Under the pieces are notes generated by a model. The model searched no databases. It had not been told where the DNA came from and was given only the letters and a program-made list of their open reading frames with translations. A DNA stretch of 19,817 nt from Candidatus Methylomirabilia bacterium (lineage in GTDB: Bacteria; Methylomirabilota; Methylomirabilia; Rokubacteriales; CSP1-6), in NCBI GenBank assembly GCA_041497895.1, contig JBGQHJ010000095.1:1-19817 (forward strand), in the 5' to 3' direction. Position numbers and translations under genes: made by a program. Each line of letters begins with the position of its first letter. Within the stretch, counting starts at the first letter, position 1. Below are positions 6,592-15,153 of the stretch, in pieces.

Positions 6592-8837
6592 TGGCCTCGC
6601 GCGTCTCCCGGCGGCGCTTCCTCGCCACGAGCCTCGCCGCCGGCGGGGTGCTGATCGTCGGCTCCGGGCTCGACGGGCTCGGCCGGGCGGGGGCCCAGTC
6701 GATTCCCGACGCCGACCGCTTCCTGGGCAAGTCGCTGGCTCCCGACATGGTCGATTCGATGCTGGCGGTGCACCGGGACGGCTCGGTCACGGTCTTCGTC
6801 GGCCGGGTGGACCTCGGCACCGGCGGGCGCATCGCGCTGCGCCAGATCGTGGGCGAGGAGCTCGACATCCCGCTCGATCGCATCGCGATGATCGAGGGCG
6901 ACACCGCGCTCACGCCCAACCAGGGCGGGACCGGCGGCAGCTACGGCGTCGCCCGGGGTGGTGTCCAGCTCCGCCGGGCGGCCGCGACCGCGCGGCAGGC
7001 GCTGGTCGGCCTGGCGGCGCAGCGGCTCGGCCGGCCGGCCGGCGACCTCGAGGTCGCCGACGGCGTGGTGCGCGCCCGGGACGGCAACGGGTCGGTGGGC
7101 TACGGCGAGCTGATCGGCGACCGCGCGTTCAACCTGAAGGTGGACGCCGCCGCGCCGCTGAAGCCTCCCGATCGGTTCCGCTTCATCGGCAAGTCGCTGC
7201 CCCGTCCCGACCTGCCGGAGAAGATCACCGGGCACCATCGGTACCTGCACGACCTGACGCTGCCGGGCATGCTCCACGCCCGCGTGATCCATCCGCCCGC
7301 GTACGGCGCCACGCTGGTGTCGGTCGACGAGACGTCGATCGCCGGCTTCGGTGGAGCGCGCGTGGTGCGGATCCAGAGCTTCCTCGCGGTGGTGGCCGAG
7401 CGCGAGTGGGACGCGGTGCGCGCCGCGCGGGCGCTCAAGGCGCAGTGGAGCGCGGGAACGGGCCTGCCCGATCACGCGAAGGAGTTCGAGGCGATGCGGG
7501 CGGCCCGGGTCGTGCGCGACCAGGAGATCGCCAAGCGCGGTGACCTGGCCGCCCTGACCGCGCCGCCGGCGGGGACGCGCACGCTCGCGGCCTCGTACCG
7601 CTGGCCCATGCAGACCCACGGCTCCATCGGGCCGTCCTGTGCCGTGGCCGACGTGCGGGCGGACCGCGTCACGGTGTGGAGCGCGTCCCAGAACGTGCAC
7701 GGCTTCCAGACCACGTGCGCCCGGATGCTCGGGACGGAGCGCGACCGGGTGCGCGTCATCTACATGGACGGCGCGGGCTCCTACGGGGCCAACGGGGCCG
7801 ACGACGCGGCCGCCGAGGCGGCGCTGATCTCGAAGGCGGTCGGCCGCCCGGTGCGCGTGCAGTGGAGCCGGCAAGAAGAGCACGGGCTCGATCCCAAGGG
7901 CCCCGCCCAGATGCTGGACCTGCGCGCGGCGGTCGACAAGGACGGCGAGGTGGCCGCGTGGGAGACCCAGGCGTGGCTGCCCATCGCCACCGCCAACCTC
8001 CCGAACATCCCGCTGGTGTCCCTGGACGCGGCCGGGATCCCGCAGACTCAGGGCCGCGCCACCGGGCTGATCTACCAGAACGTGGACCCGCCCTACGCGA
8101 TGGCCAACCTGAGCGCGGTGGTGCACTGGGTCGAGGACGCGCCGCTCCGCACCTCGCCGCTGCGCGCGCCCGGCAAGGTCGCCAATACCTTCGCGGTGGA
8201 GTCGTTCACCGACGAGATCGCCGCGCTGGCCCGCGTGGATCCGCTGGAGTTCCGACTGCGCCGGCTCTCCAACCCGCGCGGCATCGAGGTCCTGACGCGT
8301 GTCGCGACGCGCATGGGCTGGCAGCCGCGGCCGTCTCCCCGACCGGTGGACCGGCGGGCGCGGGTGCTCACCGGGCGCGGGCTCGCCTACGTGCACTACA
8401 AGCACGAGGAGACCATCGTGGCGATGGGTATGGAGGTGACGGTGGAGCGCGCCACCGGCCGGATCCGGGTGACGCGGGTGGTGGCGGCCCAGGACTGCGG
8501 GCTCATGATCAACCCGGACTGCGTGCAGGCCCAGCTCGAGGGCAGCATCCTCCAGACCCTCTCGCGCGCGCTGCACGAGGAGGTCGTCTACGACCGCGAC
8601 CGCGTCACGACGGTGGACTGGGCCTCGTACCCCATCCTCACGTTCCCGGAAGTGCCGAAGCTCGAGTTCGAGCTGATCCAGCGCCTCGACCAGCCTCCGC
8701 TGGGCGCCGGGGAGGCGGCCGCCACCCCGGTGGGCGCAGCGCTCGCCAACGCGGTGTTCGACGCGACCGGGGTGCGCCTTCGCACCGTGCCGTTCCGGCC
8801 GGACCGGGTGAAGGCGGCCCTGGAGGGACGCGCGTGA
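6591..8837 (+). CDS. Molybdopterin-binding large subunit, xanthine dehydrogenase family (IorB/NicB-like), Tat-exported (748 aa)
   Basis: TGATG overlap at 6589-6593. Twin-arginine signal SRRRFL. Motifs GRVDLGTG, HGSIGPSCAVAD, GAGSYGANGADD, LRAPG, DCGLMINPD, GAGEAA...ANAVFDATG. Confidence 0.92.
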   Translation: MASRVSRRRFLATSLAAGGVLIVGSGLDGLGRAGAQSIPDADRFLGKSLAPDMVDSMLAVHRDGSVTVFVGRVDLGTGGRIALRQIVGEELDIPLDRIAMIEGDTALTPNQGGTGGSYGVARGGVQLRRAAATARQALVGLAAQRLGRPAGDLEVADGVVRARDGNGSVGYGELIGDRAFNLKVDAAAPLKPPDRFRFIGKSLPRPDLPEKITGHHRYLHDLTLPGMLHARVIHPPAYGATLVSVDETSIAGFGGARVVRIQSFLAVVAEREWDAVRAARALKAQWSAGTGLPDHAKEFEAMRAARVVRDQEIAKRGDLAALTAPPAGTRTLAASYRWPMQTHGSIGPSCAVADVRADRVTVWSASQNVHGFQTTCARMLGTERDRVRVIYMDGAGSYGANGADDAAAEAALISKAVGRPVRVQWSRQEEHGLDPKGPAQMLDLRAAVDKDGEVAAWETQAWLPIATANLPNIPLVSLDAAGIPQTQGRATGLIYQNVDPPYAMANLSAVVHWVEDAPLRTSPLRAPGKVANTFAVESFTDEIAALARVDPLEFRLRRLSNPRGIEVLTRVATRMGWQPRPSPRPVDRRARVLTGRGLAYVHYKHEETIVAMGMEVTVERATGRIRVTRVVAAQDCGLMINPDCVQAQLEGSILQTLSRALHEEVVYDRDRVTTVDWASYPILTFPEVPKLEFELIQRLDQPPLGAGEAAATPVGAALANAVFDATGVRLRTVPFRPDRVKAALEGRA

Positions 8838-9664
8838 TCGAGGTGCGACGGCTGGGGCCGCAGATCGGCGTCGAGATCCGAGGCGTCGACGTGCGGAAGC
8901 TGGACGACGCGGGCTTCGCGACGATCTACCGCGCGTGGCTCGACGGGAACGTGGCGGTGGTGCCCGGGCAGACGCTCGAGATCGACGAGTTCCTCGCGTA
9001 CAGCCGCCGCTTCGGCCAGGTGGTGCCGCACCCGTCCAAGATGACGCGCCACCCGGAGCGCCCCGAGATCACCCTGCTCGGCGTGAACAAGTTCGGCGCC
9101 GACGGCGCGCTCGACCTGGCGATCTACCGGCGGGGGGCCGAGGGCTGGCACACCGACGGCGCCTACGACGAGGAGCCCTTCAAGGCCACCCAGCTCTACG
9201 CGCTGGCGGTGCCGAGCCGCGGCGGCGACACGCACTTCGCCAGCATGTACGCGGCCTACGACGCCCTGCCGGCCCGATTGAAGGAGCGGCTCGAGGGCCG
9301 CAAGGGCGCCTTCACCTACGGCGGCCGCCGGAAGGCGACCGCGCTGCTGAACGCCGAGGACCGCGACTGGATCCCGGTCTTCCACCCGATCGTCCGCACG
9401 CATCCCGAGACCGGGCGCCGGGGTCTCTACTTCGACCCGGGCAAGATCCTCTACATCGACGGGCTCGAGGCGGCGGAGAGCGACGCGTTGATCGACGAGC
9501 TGACCGAGCGCATGATCCAGCCCGAGGGCACCTACACCCACCACTGGCGCCGGGGCGACATCGTGATCTGGGACAATCGCTGCTCGTACCACAAGGCGGC
9601 GGGCGATTACCCTCCGGAAGAGGACCGCATCCACTGGCGCGTGTCGATCAAGGAGCGGACATGA
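8834..9664 (+). CDS. TauD/TfdA family Fe(II)/2-oxoglutarate dioxygenase (276 aa)
   Basis: GTG start overlapping the upstream TGA. Motifs WHTD (HxD), GGDTHFAS, HPIVRTHPETGR, WDNRCSYH, RIHWR. Confidence 0.92.
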   Translation: MIEVRRLGPQIGVEIRGVDVRKLDDAGFATIYRAWLDGNVAVVPGQTLEIDEFLAYSRRFGQVVPHPSKMTRHPERPEITLLGVNKFGADGALDLAIYRRGAEGWHTDGAYDEEPFKATQLYALAVPSRGGDTHFASMYAAYDALPARLKERLEGRKGAFTYGGRRKATALLNAEDRDWIPVFHPIVRTHPETGRRGLYFDPGKILYIDGLEAAESDALIDELTERMIQPEGTYTHHWRRGDIVIWDNRCSYHKAAGDYPPEEDRIHWRVSIKERT

Positions 9665-10377
9665 ACGTCGTCGCGAGGATGCTCACCCAGGAGCAGGACG
9701 GCATCCCCGGCTACATGGCGCAGCCGGAGGCGCCCGGCCAGCGGCCGGGCATCCTGATGGTCCACCACGCCCACGGGGTCACCGCCGACTACAAGATCGA
9801 CGCCTACCGCCTCGCCTGCCTCGGCTTCAACGTGCTCGCGCCCGATCTCTTCAACATGTTCGGCATCGCCGGCACCACCCACATCGGCATGGGTGCGGAC
9901 CTGCAGGCCAAGCACGGCGACGAGGAGTTCCTCGGCAAGATGGACGAGGCCTGGCGCTACCTGATCGACCGCATGCGCTCCGACCCCGCGCGCACCGGCT
10001 GCATCGGCCACTGCATGGGCGGGCGGCTGCTGATCCCGTTCGCGGCGGATCACCCGTCGGTGAAGGCGATCGTCCTCTACTACCCCTCGGTGCGCGACGA
10101 GCCCGAGACCTCCCACCGGCCCCGGCACGCGTTCCACCTGGCGAAGACGCTCCAGTGCGCGTCGCTGGTCTTCGCGGCGGGGCTCGACTACATCGCGACG
10201 CCGGCCATCCAGGGCCCGCTCTGGCAGAGCTTCCTGCAGAACGGCAAGCTCGTGGAGTGGCACTTCTTCTCCGACGCCAACCACGGTTTCCGCCACCCGG
10301 ACAACGCGGGCTTCCAGCCGTACTACGCGGACCTGACCTGGCCGCTGACCACCAGCTTCCTGCAGCGCACCGTCTGA
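9661..10377 (+). CDS. Dienelactone hydrolase family protein (238 aa)
   Basis: ATGA overlap. Motifs LAPDLF, nucleophile GHCMGG, Asp in GLDY, His in ANHGF. Confidence 0.88.
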   Translation: MNVVARMLTQEQDGIPGYMAQPEAPGQRPGILMVHHAHGVTADYKIDAYRLACLGFNVLAPDLFNMFGIAGTTHIGMGADLQAKHGDEEFLGKMDEAWRYLIDRMRSDPARTGCIGHCMGGRLLIPFAADHPSVKAIVLYYPSVRDEPETSHRPRHAFHLAKTLQCASLVFAAGLDYIATPAIQGPLWQSFLQNGKLVEWHFFSDANHGFRHPDNAGFQPYYADLTWPLTTSFLQRTV

Positions 10378-10397
10378 CCACGACAGGAGAGACCGAC

Positions 10398-10823
10398 ATG
10401 AGCGAGCCCAAGCAGAAGTTCAGCGCCAGCCTGGCCAAGGACGCGGTCTACCAGCAGGGCCTCCGCAGCTTCATGGAGTACCGCGACCTCGGCATCGCGG
10501 ACGCCACTCACGGCAAGATGCGCGCCCACATCGTGCGCGTGAAGCAGGGCGGCGACACCCACGATCTCCACACAACCGGCCTGCACAAGCACGAGTGCGA
10601 CTTCCAGATGTTCTACGTGCTCAAGGGCACGATCAAGTTCGTGTACGAGGGCCAGGGCGAGCGCACCTTCGGCCCCGGCGACTGCGTGCTCCAGCCCGCC
10701 GGCATCGTCCACAACGAGCTCGAGTGCACCGACGACCTCGAGATCCTGGAGATCTACTCGCCCGCGGTGCACCCGACGGTCGTCGTGGACCGCATGCCCG
10801 AGACCGCCGCGGCCGCTCACTAG
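10398..10823 (+). CDS. Cupin domain protein (141 aa)
   Basis: AGGAG RBS before ATG 10398. Cupin motifs GLHKHECDFQMFYVLKG and GDCVLQPAGIVHNE. Confidence 0.88.
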   Translation: MSEPKQKFSASLAKDAVYQQGLRSFMEYRDLGIADATHGKMRAHIVRVKQGGDTHDLHTTGLHKHECDFQMFYVLKGTIKFVYEGQGERTFGPGDCVLQPAGIVHNELECTDDLEILEIYSPAVHPTVVVDRMPETAAAAH

Positions 10824-10831
10824 ACTCCAAT

Positions 10832-10872
10832 CTCACCCTCTCCCCCTCGGGGGAGAGGGCAGGGTGAGGGGG
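10832..10872 (+). repeat. Palindromic repeat, copy E (intergenic, after the cupin gene)
   Basis: Stem CCCTCTCCCC (10836-10845), loop CTCG, then GGGGAGAGGGCAGGGTGAGGGG (10850-10871). Confidence 0.93.
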
Positions 10873-10906
10873 TCGCTTCTCGACTCACGACCTAGCGAGG
10901 CCAACC

Positions 10907-12631
10907 ATGCGCAAGACGATCACCGGCACCGGCGGCATGCTCCTCCTCCAGACCCTCAAGGACGCGGGGGTGGAGTACCTGTTCACCAACCCGGGGTCGG
11001 CGGAGACGGGCCTGTTCGCCGCGATCGCGGAGGATGGTGATAACCGGTTGGTGGTCGGCAAGCACGAGGGCCTGGTGGCCGCGATGGCCGACGGCTACCA
11101 CCGCGTCAGCGGCAAGGTCGGCGTGGTCATCGCCCACGTCATGGGCGGCTCCTACCAGCTCGCCGGGCAGCTCTTCAACGCCCAGGTGGCCGGCTCCTCG
11201 CTGCTGGTGATCGCGGGGGACTGGGCCTCGGAGCTGCAGGACTACCGCGGCCTCGCCCCGTTCCCCGGGTTGAGCCAGGCGGAGTCGATGCGGCCCATCA
11301 CGAAGGAGGCGCGCTGCGCCTACCAGGTGCACACCAACCCCAAGGCGATCAGCGTGGCCACCATCCGCGCGCTGCGCGAGGCGACCACGCCGCCCACCGG
11401 GCCGGTGTACCTCTCGATCAGCGCGGAGCTGCTGCATACGGAAGGGCTCGAGGCGACGATCGGCGAGGGCGCGCACTACCAGATCGAGCGGCCGGGGCCG
11501 GCGCGGGCCACGACCGTGGAGGCGATCGCCCGGCGGCTGGGCGAGGCGCGATGCCCGGTGCTGATGTTCGGCGACGACGTCTGGCGCGAGGGCGCACAGG
11601 CCGAGGCGGTGCGGCTGGCCGAGGCGCTGGAGGCGCCGGTGTTCGCGAGCCGCCAGATCTTCCCGAACTTCCCGACGCGGCATCCGCTCTTCTGCGGCAA
11701 CTACCCCGTGTCCAAGGACTTCACCAGGACCACCGGGCTCGAGCCGGACCTGATCTTCCTGGTGGGCTGCCAGGGGGTGCACGGTAGCGTGAACGAGCCC
11801 ACCATCATGCAGATCGGGCCGAACCCGCTCCTGATGGGCCGGCACTACCCGCTCGACCTGGCCGCGCAGTGCGAGCTGCCCGAGACCTTGAAGGCCATCA
11901 CCCAGGCGCTCGGCCGCGTGCCCGGCTCCGACAAGGGGCCGCGCCAGCGCTCGAAGGTGCGGGCCTTTGCGGCGATGCTGATCGAGCGCGAGGAGAAGCT
12001 GGCGCGCGAGCACGAGCACGACATCCCGGTGCACCCGGCGGTGCTGGAGGCGCAGCTCGCCTCCGTGCTGCCGAGGAACACGGTCATGGTGCAGGAGAGC
12101 TCGACCGCGCGCACCGCGCTGATGGCCTTCGGTCACGGCGGTATGGACTGGACGCGCAGCGGCGGCGGCTCGCTCGGCTTCGGAGTCGGCGCGGCCATCG
12201 GCGCGAAGATCGCGGTGGGACGCGACCGCCCGGTCGTCCTGCACCTGGGCGACGGCGCGCTCGGCTACAGCGCCTCCGGCTTCTGGACCATGGCGCGCTA
12301 CAACACCGCGATCCTCACCGTCGTCTCCAACAACGAGAGCTACCAGATCGTGCGCCACAACTGGGCGCGCGAGATGCCGGACGCCAAGATGATCCGCGAG
12401 GGCAAGTACCCCGGCCTCTGGCTCAGCGCGCCCGCGGTGGACTACGTGGGGCTGGCGCGCTCGCAGGGAGTGGACGGCGAGGCGGTCACCACCGTGAAGG
12501 ACCTGGAGCCGGCGCTCCGGCGCGGCATGGACAAGATCACACGCGAGAACCGGCCGTATCTGATCGAGGTCGCGGTGGCGCGCGAGGGCATCGGCGCCGA
12601 CTCCACCTGGTACCAGGACTGGCAGCTCTAG
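10907..12631 (+). CDS. Thiamine diphosphate-dependent enzyme, benzoylformate decarboxylase/acetolactate synthase family (574 aa)
   Basis: Motifs FTNPGSAE, HEGLVAAMADGY (catalytic Glu), GPVYLS and the ThDP motif GDG...NNESY. GAGG RBS upstream. Confidence 0.9.
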   Translation: MRKTITGTGGMLLLQTLKDAGVEYLFTNPGSAETGLFAAIAEDGDNRLVVGKHEGLVAAMADGYHRVSGKVGVVIAHVMGGSYQLAGQLFNAQVAGSSLLVIAGDWASELQDYRGLAPFPGLSQAESMRPITKEARCAYQVHTNPKAISVATIRALREATTPPTGPVYLSISAELLHTEGLEATIGEGAHYQIERPGPARATTVEAIARRLGEARCPVLMFGDDVWREGAQAEAVRLAEALEAPVFASRQIFPNFPTRHPLFCGNYPVSKDFTRTTGLEPDLIFLVGCQGVHGSVNEPTIMQIGPNPLLMGRHYPLDLAAQCELPETLKAITQALGRVPGSDKGPRQRSKVRAFAAMLIEREEKLAREHEHDIPVHPAVLEAQLASVLPRNTVMVQESSTARTALMAFGHGGMDWTRSGGGSLGFGVGAAIGAKIAVGRDRPVVLHLGDGALGYSASGFWTMARYNTAILTVVSNNESYQIVRHNWAREMPDAKMIREGKYPGLWLSAPAVDYVGLARSQGVDGEAVTTVKDLEPALRRGMDKITRENRPYLIEVAVAREGIGADSTWYQDWQL

Positions 12632-12646
12632 CGCGGACGACGCGCG

Positions 12647-13489
12647 TCAGGGCGCGCCGAAGTCGAGCCGCGGGTAGCTGCTGGAGGCGGTGCGCTCGAA
12701 GATGCTCACCGCGAGCATCCAGCGCCCCGCGGTGCGCCGATCCTCGCCGCGCTGCTCGTCGTCCACGCGCTTGGGCTCCAGGTGGAGCAGCGCCTCGCCC
12801 CTGAGCCAGTAGGTGCCGTCGGCCTCCGACGTCTTGCCGCCGTGCAGCGCCTGCTGTTCGGCCGTCCGGTAGACGAACCGCCCCGCCTTCCACCCGTCGG
12901 CCCGCAGGCGCTCCTGCACGCGACGCCGCTCGTCGTCGTGCTCCTCCCGGGTCATCGCGTGCGGCGAGACCCCCACGTTCATCGACTCCACGTGCCGGTC
13001 GCCGTGCGAGCGCGTCACGATGAAGTAGTAGCGGCATTCCGCGAGGCGGGTGCCGGTGTCGGCGATGTCGAGGTCGAAGACGACCTCGGCGGCCAGGCGG
13101 CTCGAGCCGGTCAGCGACTCGCCGCGAGGCTCGGGCATCGGCAGGGTCGACCGGCGGCGTACGTCCTCGAGTGTCATTCCGACGTTGGCGGTCAGGATGC
13201 CCCGGCTCGTGCCCCGCAGCCGGGCCTCGAGCCAGAGCTTGGCCGGCCGCCCGAAGAACTCGTCGGTGATCATGGCGGGCAGGGCGATCGCGAGCCCGAG
13301 CGCGAAGACGGCCCACACGGCCAGCACCACGCCGGTCTGGTGGTCGGCGAGGAAGCGCACCATCGGGACCGCTCCGTTGCCGATGCGGCGCTGGCCGTAG
13401 ACGAAGAGCCGCAGCATCAGGGGGACCGCCGCAAAGCCGATCGCCAGGAAGAGCCCGAAGGCGACGATCTTGGCCAGCGTGGGGGTCAC
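12647..13489 (-). CDS. Hypothetical membrane protein (two N-terminal TM helices plus a soluble domain, about 280 aa)
   Basis: GTG 13489 overlaps the TGA of the upstream gene (GTGA). Hydrophobic segments IVAFGLFLAIGFAAVPLML and VVLAVWAVFALGLAIALPAMI. Confidence 0.7.
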   Translation of the reverse strand: MTPTLAKIVAFGLFLAIGFAAVPLMLRLFVYGQRRIGNGAVPMVRFLADHQTGVVLAVWAVFALGLAIALPAMITDEFFGRPAKLWLEARLRGTSRGILTANVGMTLEDVRRRSTLPMPEPRGESLTGSSRLAAEVVFDLDIADTGTRLAECRYYFIVTRSHGDRHVESMNVGVSPHAMTREEHDDERRRVQERLRADGWKAGRFVYRTAEQQALHGGKTSEADGTYWLRGEALLHLEPKRVDDEQRGEDRRTAGRWMLAVSIFERTASSSYPRLDFGAP

Positions 13490-14934
13490 TGATCGGGGCG
13501 CCACTCCACCGCGCCGAAGCGGGTATGGCCGAGGAAGTTGTAGGAGATCGTGACCGTCTGCACCAGCTGGTGACGGTCGCGTAGATCGTGGGAGCCGGTG
13601 TTCCGGCTCGAGACGAGATACTGGATCCCGATCGCGTGTGGGCCCCAGAGGCGCACCGTGAACCCCGCGCTGCCGCGCAGGATGACATCCTGGGTGAAGT
13701 TTCGGGTGTCCACGCCGCTCTCCTTGTTCGAGCTCGTCCCGGCCACGTAGTACTGGCGGCCCGTCGCCTCCAGCATCGCCCGGTCGCCGAAGATGAGCCG
13801 GCCGGCGAGCATGGTCAGCGGGGTCAGGCCATAGTGATAGTCGCGCTCGGCCCGGTCGCCGGCGGTGCCGGCCGCGCCCAGACCGAGGCCACCGAGCGCG
13901 GTGCCCTGCAGCGCGATGTGGCGCGTGAGCCACCACTGGAAGACGGTGCCCATCGACACCGCGGTGGTGGAGACTCGGAAGATCTGCGGCGCGAAGTAAT
14001 CGTAGTTGCCGAACACACCCCACACCCCACGGAAGTCCTCGCCCAGATCGTAGCGCCGCCCCCCGAGGAGCCCGCGGATCGACACGTTCTCGATGGCGTC
14101 GGTGATGTCGCGAGCCGTGGGAACCGCGGTGAACTCGAAGTGGAAGTAGTCGAACGGGCGCTTGTACTCGTAGCCGGGCTTGCCGGGGAGGCCGTAGGTG
14201 ATCGAGTAGTCGAGCGCGCCGTCCTGCCGCTTCACGTGCTTGCTGAGGTCGTCGTTGTGCACCTCGTTGGTCAGCGTCACCCCGAGCCGGAGGCGGAGGA
14301 AGATCTCCGGGTCGCGGCTCGGGAAGACCGGGTCGAACCGGTCGCCGAAGGCGAGCCGGTTGAACCCGGCAGGCGGCGACAGGATCGCCGCGCCCAGCTC
14401 GCGCCAGAAGCCCGGGCGCTCGCCGCCGCCTTCCAGCAGCAGGCTCGCCATCCGGAACGCGGCCTCGCCGATGAACGCTCCGCCGATCGCGGTGTTGATG
14501 TGGTCGTTGAGGGAGGCCGGCGTGGTCTCCCCGGCCGTCTCCCAGAGCAGGCTGCCACCCAGGCTGTAGGCCAGCGATCGCCAGAAATCGAGGCCGGCCG
14601 ACCGCGCGAAGCCGAAGTAGATGTTGCCCTGGTAGGGGTGACCGAGCTGGTTGATGCTGAACGGGTCCCTGTCGATGACCAGTGGGTTGCTGAGGTTCCG
14701 GCCGATCGAGTGGAAGTCGCTCCCGTATTCCTCGGAGTCGACCAAGTGCCGGTTGAACTGGTTCATCCCGAAGATGAAGCCGCCGACCTCGAGGGCGGGG
14801 ATCGCGTAGCTCTTGCCCTCGCCGGTCTCCCAGTCGAGCTTCGGTCCCTCCGCGACGGCCGGCGCGGGCGCGACGACGGCGGCGGTGGTCGCGAGCAGGC
14901 CCAGGATCAGCAGCGCGGCGGGGGTGTGTCGCAC
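13486..14934 (-). CDS. DUF3943-like exported protein with probable C-terminal outer-membrane beta-barrel (482 aa)
   Basis: Signal peptide. Motifs DPFSINQLGHPYQGNIYFGFARSAG and LLWE...SLNDHINTAIGG as I recall them for DUF3943. C-terminal half is rich in amphipathic beta-strands with aromatic residues. Confidence 0.78.
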   Translation of the reverse strand: MRHTPAALLILGLLATTAAVVAPAPAVAEGPKLDWETGEGKSYAIPALEVGGFIFGMNQFNRHLVDSEEYGSDFHSIGRNLSNPLVIDRDPFSINQLGHPYQGNIYFGFARSAGLDFWRSLAYSLGGSLLWETAGETTPASLNDHINTAIGGAFIGEAAFRMASLLLEGGGERPGFWRELGAAILSPPAGFNRLAFGDRFDPVFPSRDPEIFLRLRLGVTLTNEVHNDDLSKHVKRQDGALDYSITYGLPGKPGYEYKRPFDYFHFEFTAVPTARDITDAIENVSIRGLLGGRRYDLGEDFRGVWGVFGNYDYFAPQIFRVSTTAVSMGTVFQWWLTRHIALQGTALGGLGLGAAGTAGDRAERDYHYGLTPLTMLAGRLIFGDRAMLEATGRQYYVAGTSSNKESGVDTRNFTQDVILRGSAGFTVRLWGPHAIGIQYLVSSRNTGSHDLRDRHQLVQTVTISYNFLGHTRFGAVEWRPDQ

Positions 14935-14935
14935 G

Positions 14936-15153
14936 CTAGTCCGCGAGCCCGGCGGCGGTGTGGCGCAGCCGCGCGGTCACCACCACGCGCTCCCGATGCG
15001 AGCTGAGCTCGATGGTCGTGACCCGTCCCAGCGAATCTCGATCTGATCGGGCTTCACTCCGCTCGCGTCCCGGAACGTGATCGTGATGGTCGGGCCGAAC
15101 TCCTGCAGCCGATTGTAAGCGAGACTGCCCGCGACGGTCGCCGCGACCAGCGA
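14936..15153 (-). pseudogene. pqiB: Remnant of pqiB/MlaD (MCE-domain) gene: frameshifted and truncated
   Basis: LVAATVAGSLAYNRLQEFGPTITITFRDASGVKPDQIEIRW in one frame continues as GRVTTIELSSHRERVVVTARLRHTAAGLAD* in another. This matches the TM helix plus first MCE domain pattern of PqiB. Confidence 0.72.

Noticed and set aside
5295..8576. 1093-aa minus-strand ORF and other long antisense ORFs (e.g. 326..1765, 3250..4809, 10892..12358, 16007..18217)
   Set aside because: Shadow ORFs opposite well-supported genes. They are Arg/Gly/Ala/Pro-rich with no recognisable motifs, as expected at this GC content.
588..10872. Repeat copies as a CRISPR array or intrinsic terminators
   Set aside because: Copies are dispersed, in both orientations, without regular spacers or cas genes. 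The hairpins have no U-tract and two copies lie inside a CDS.
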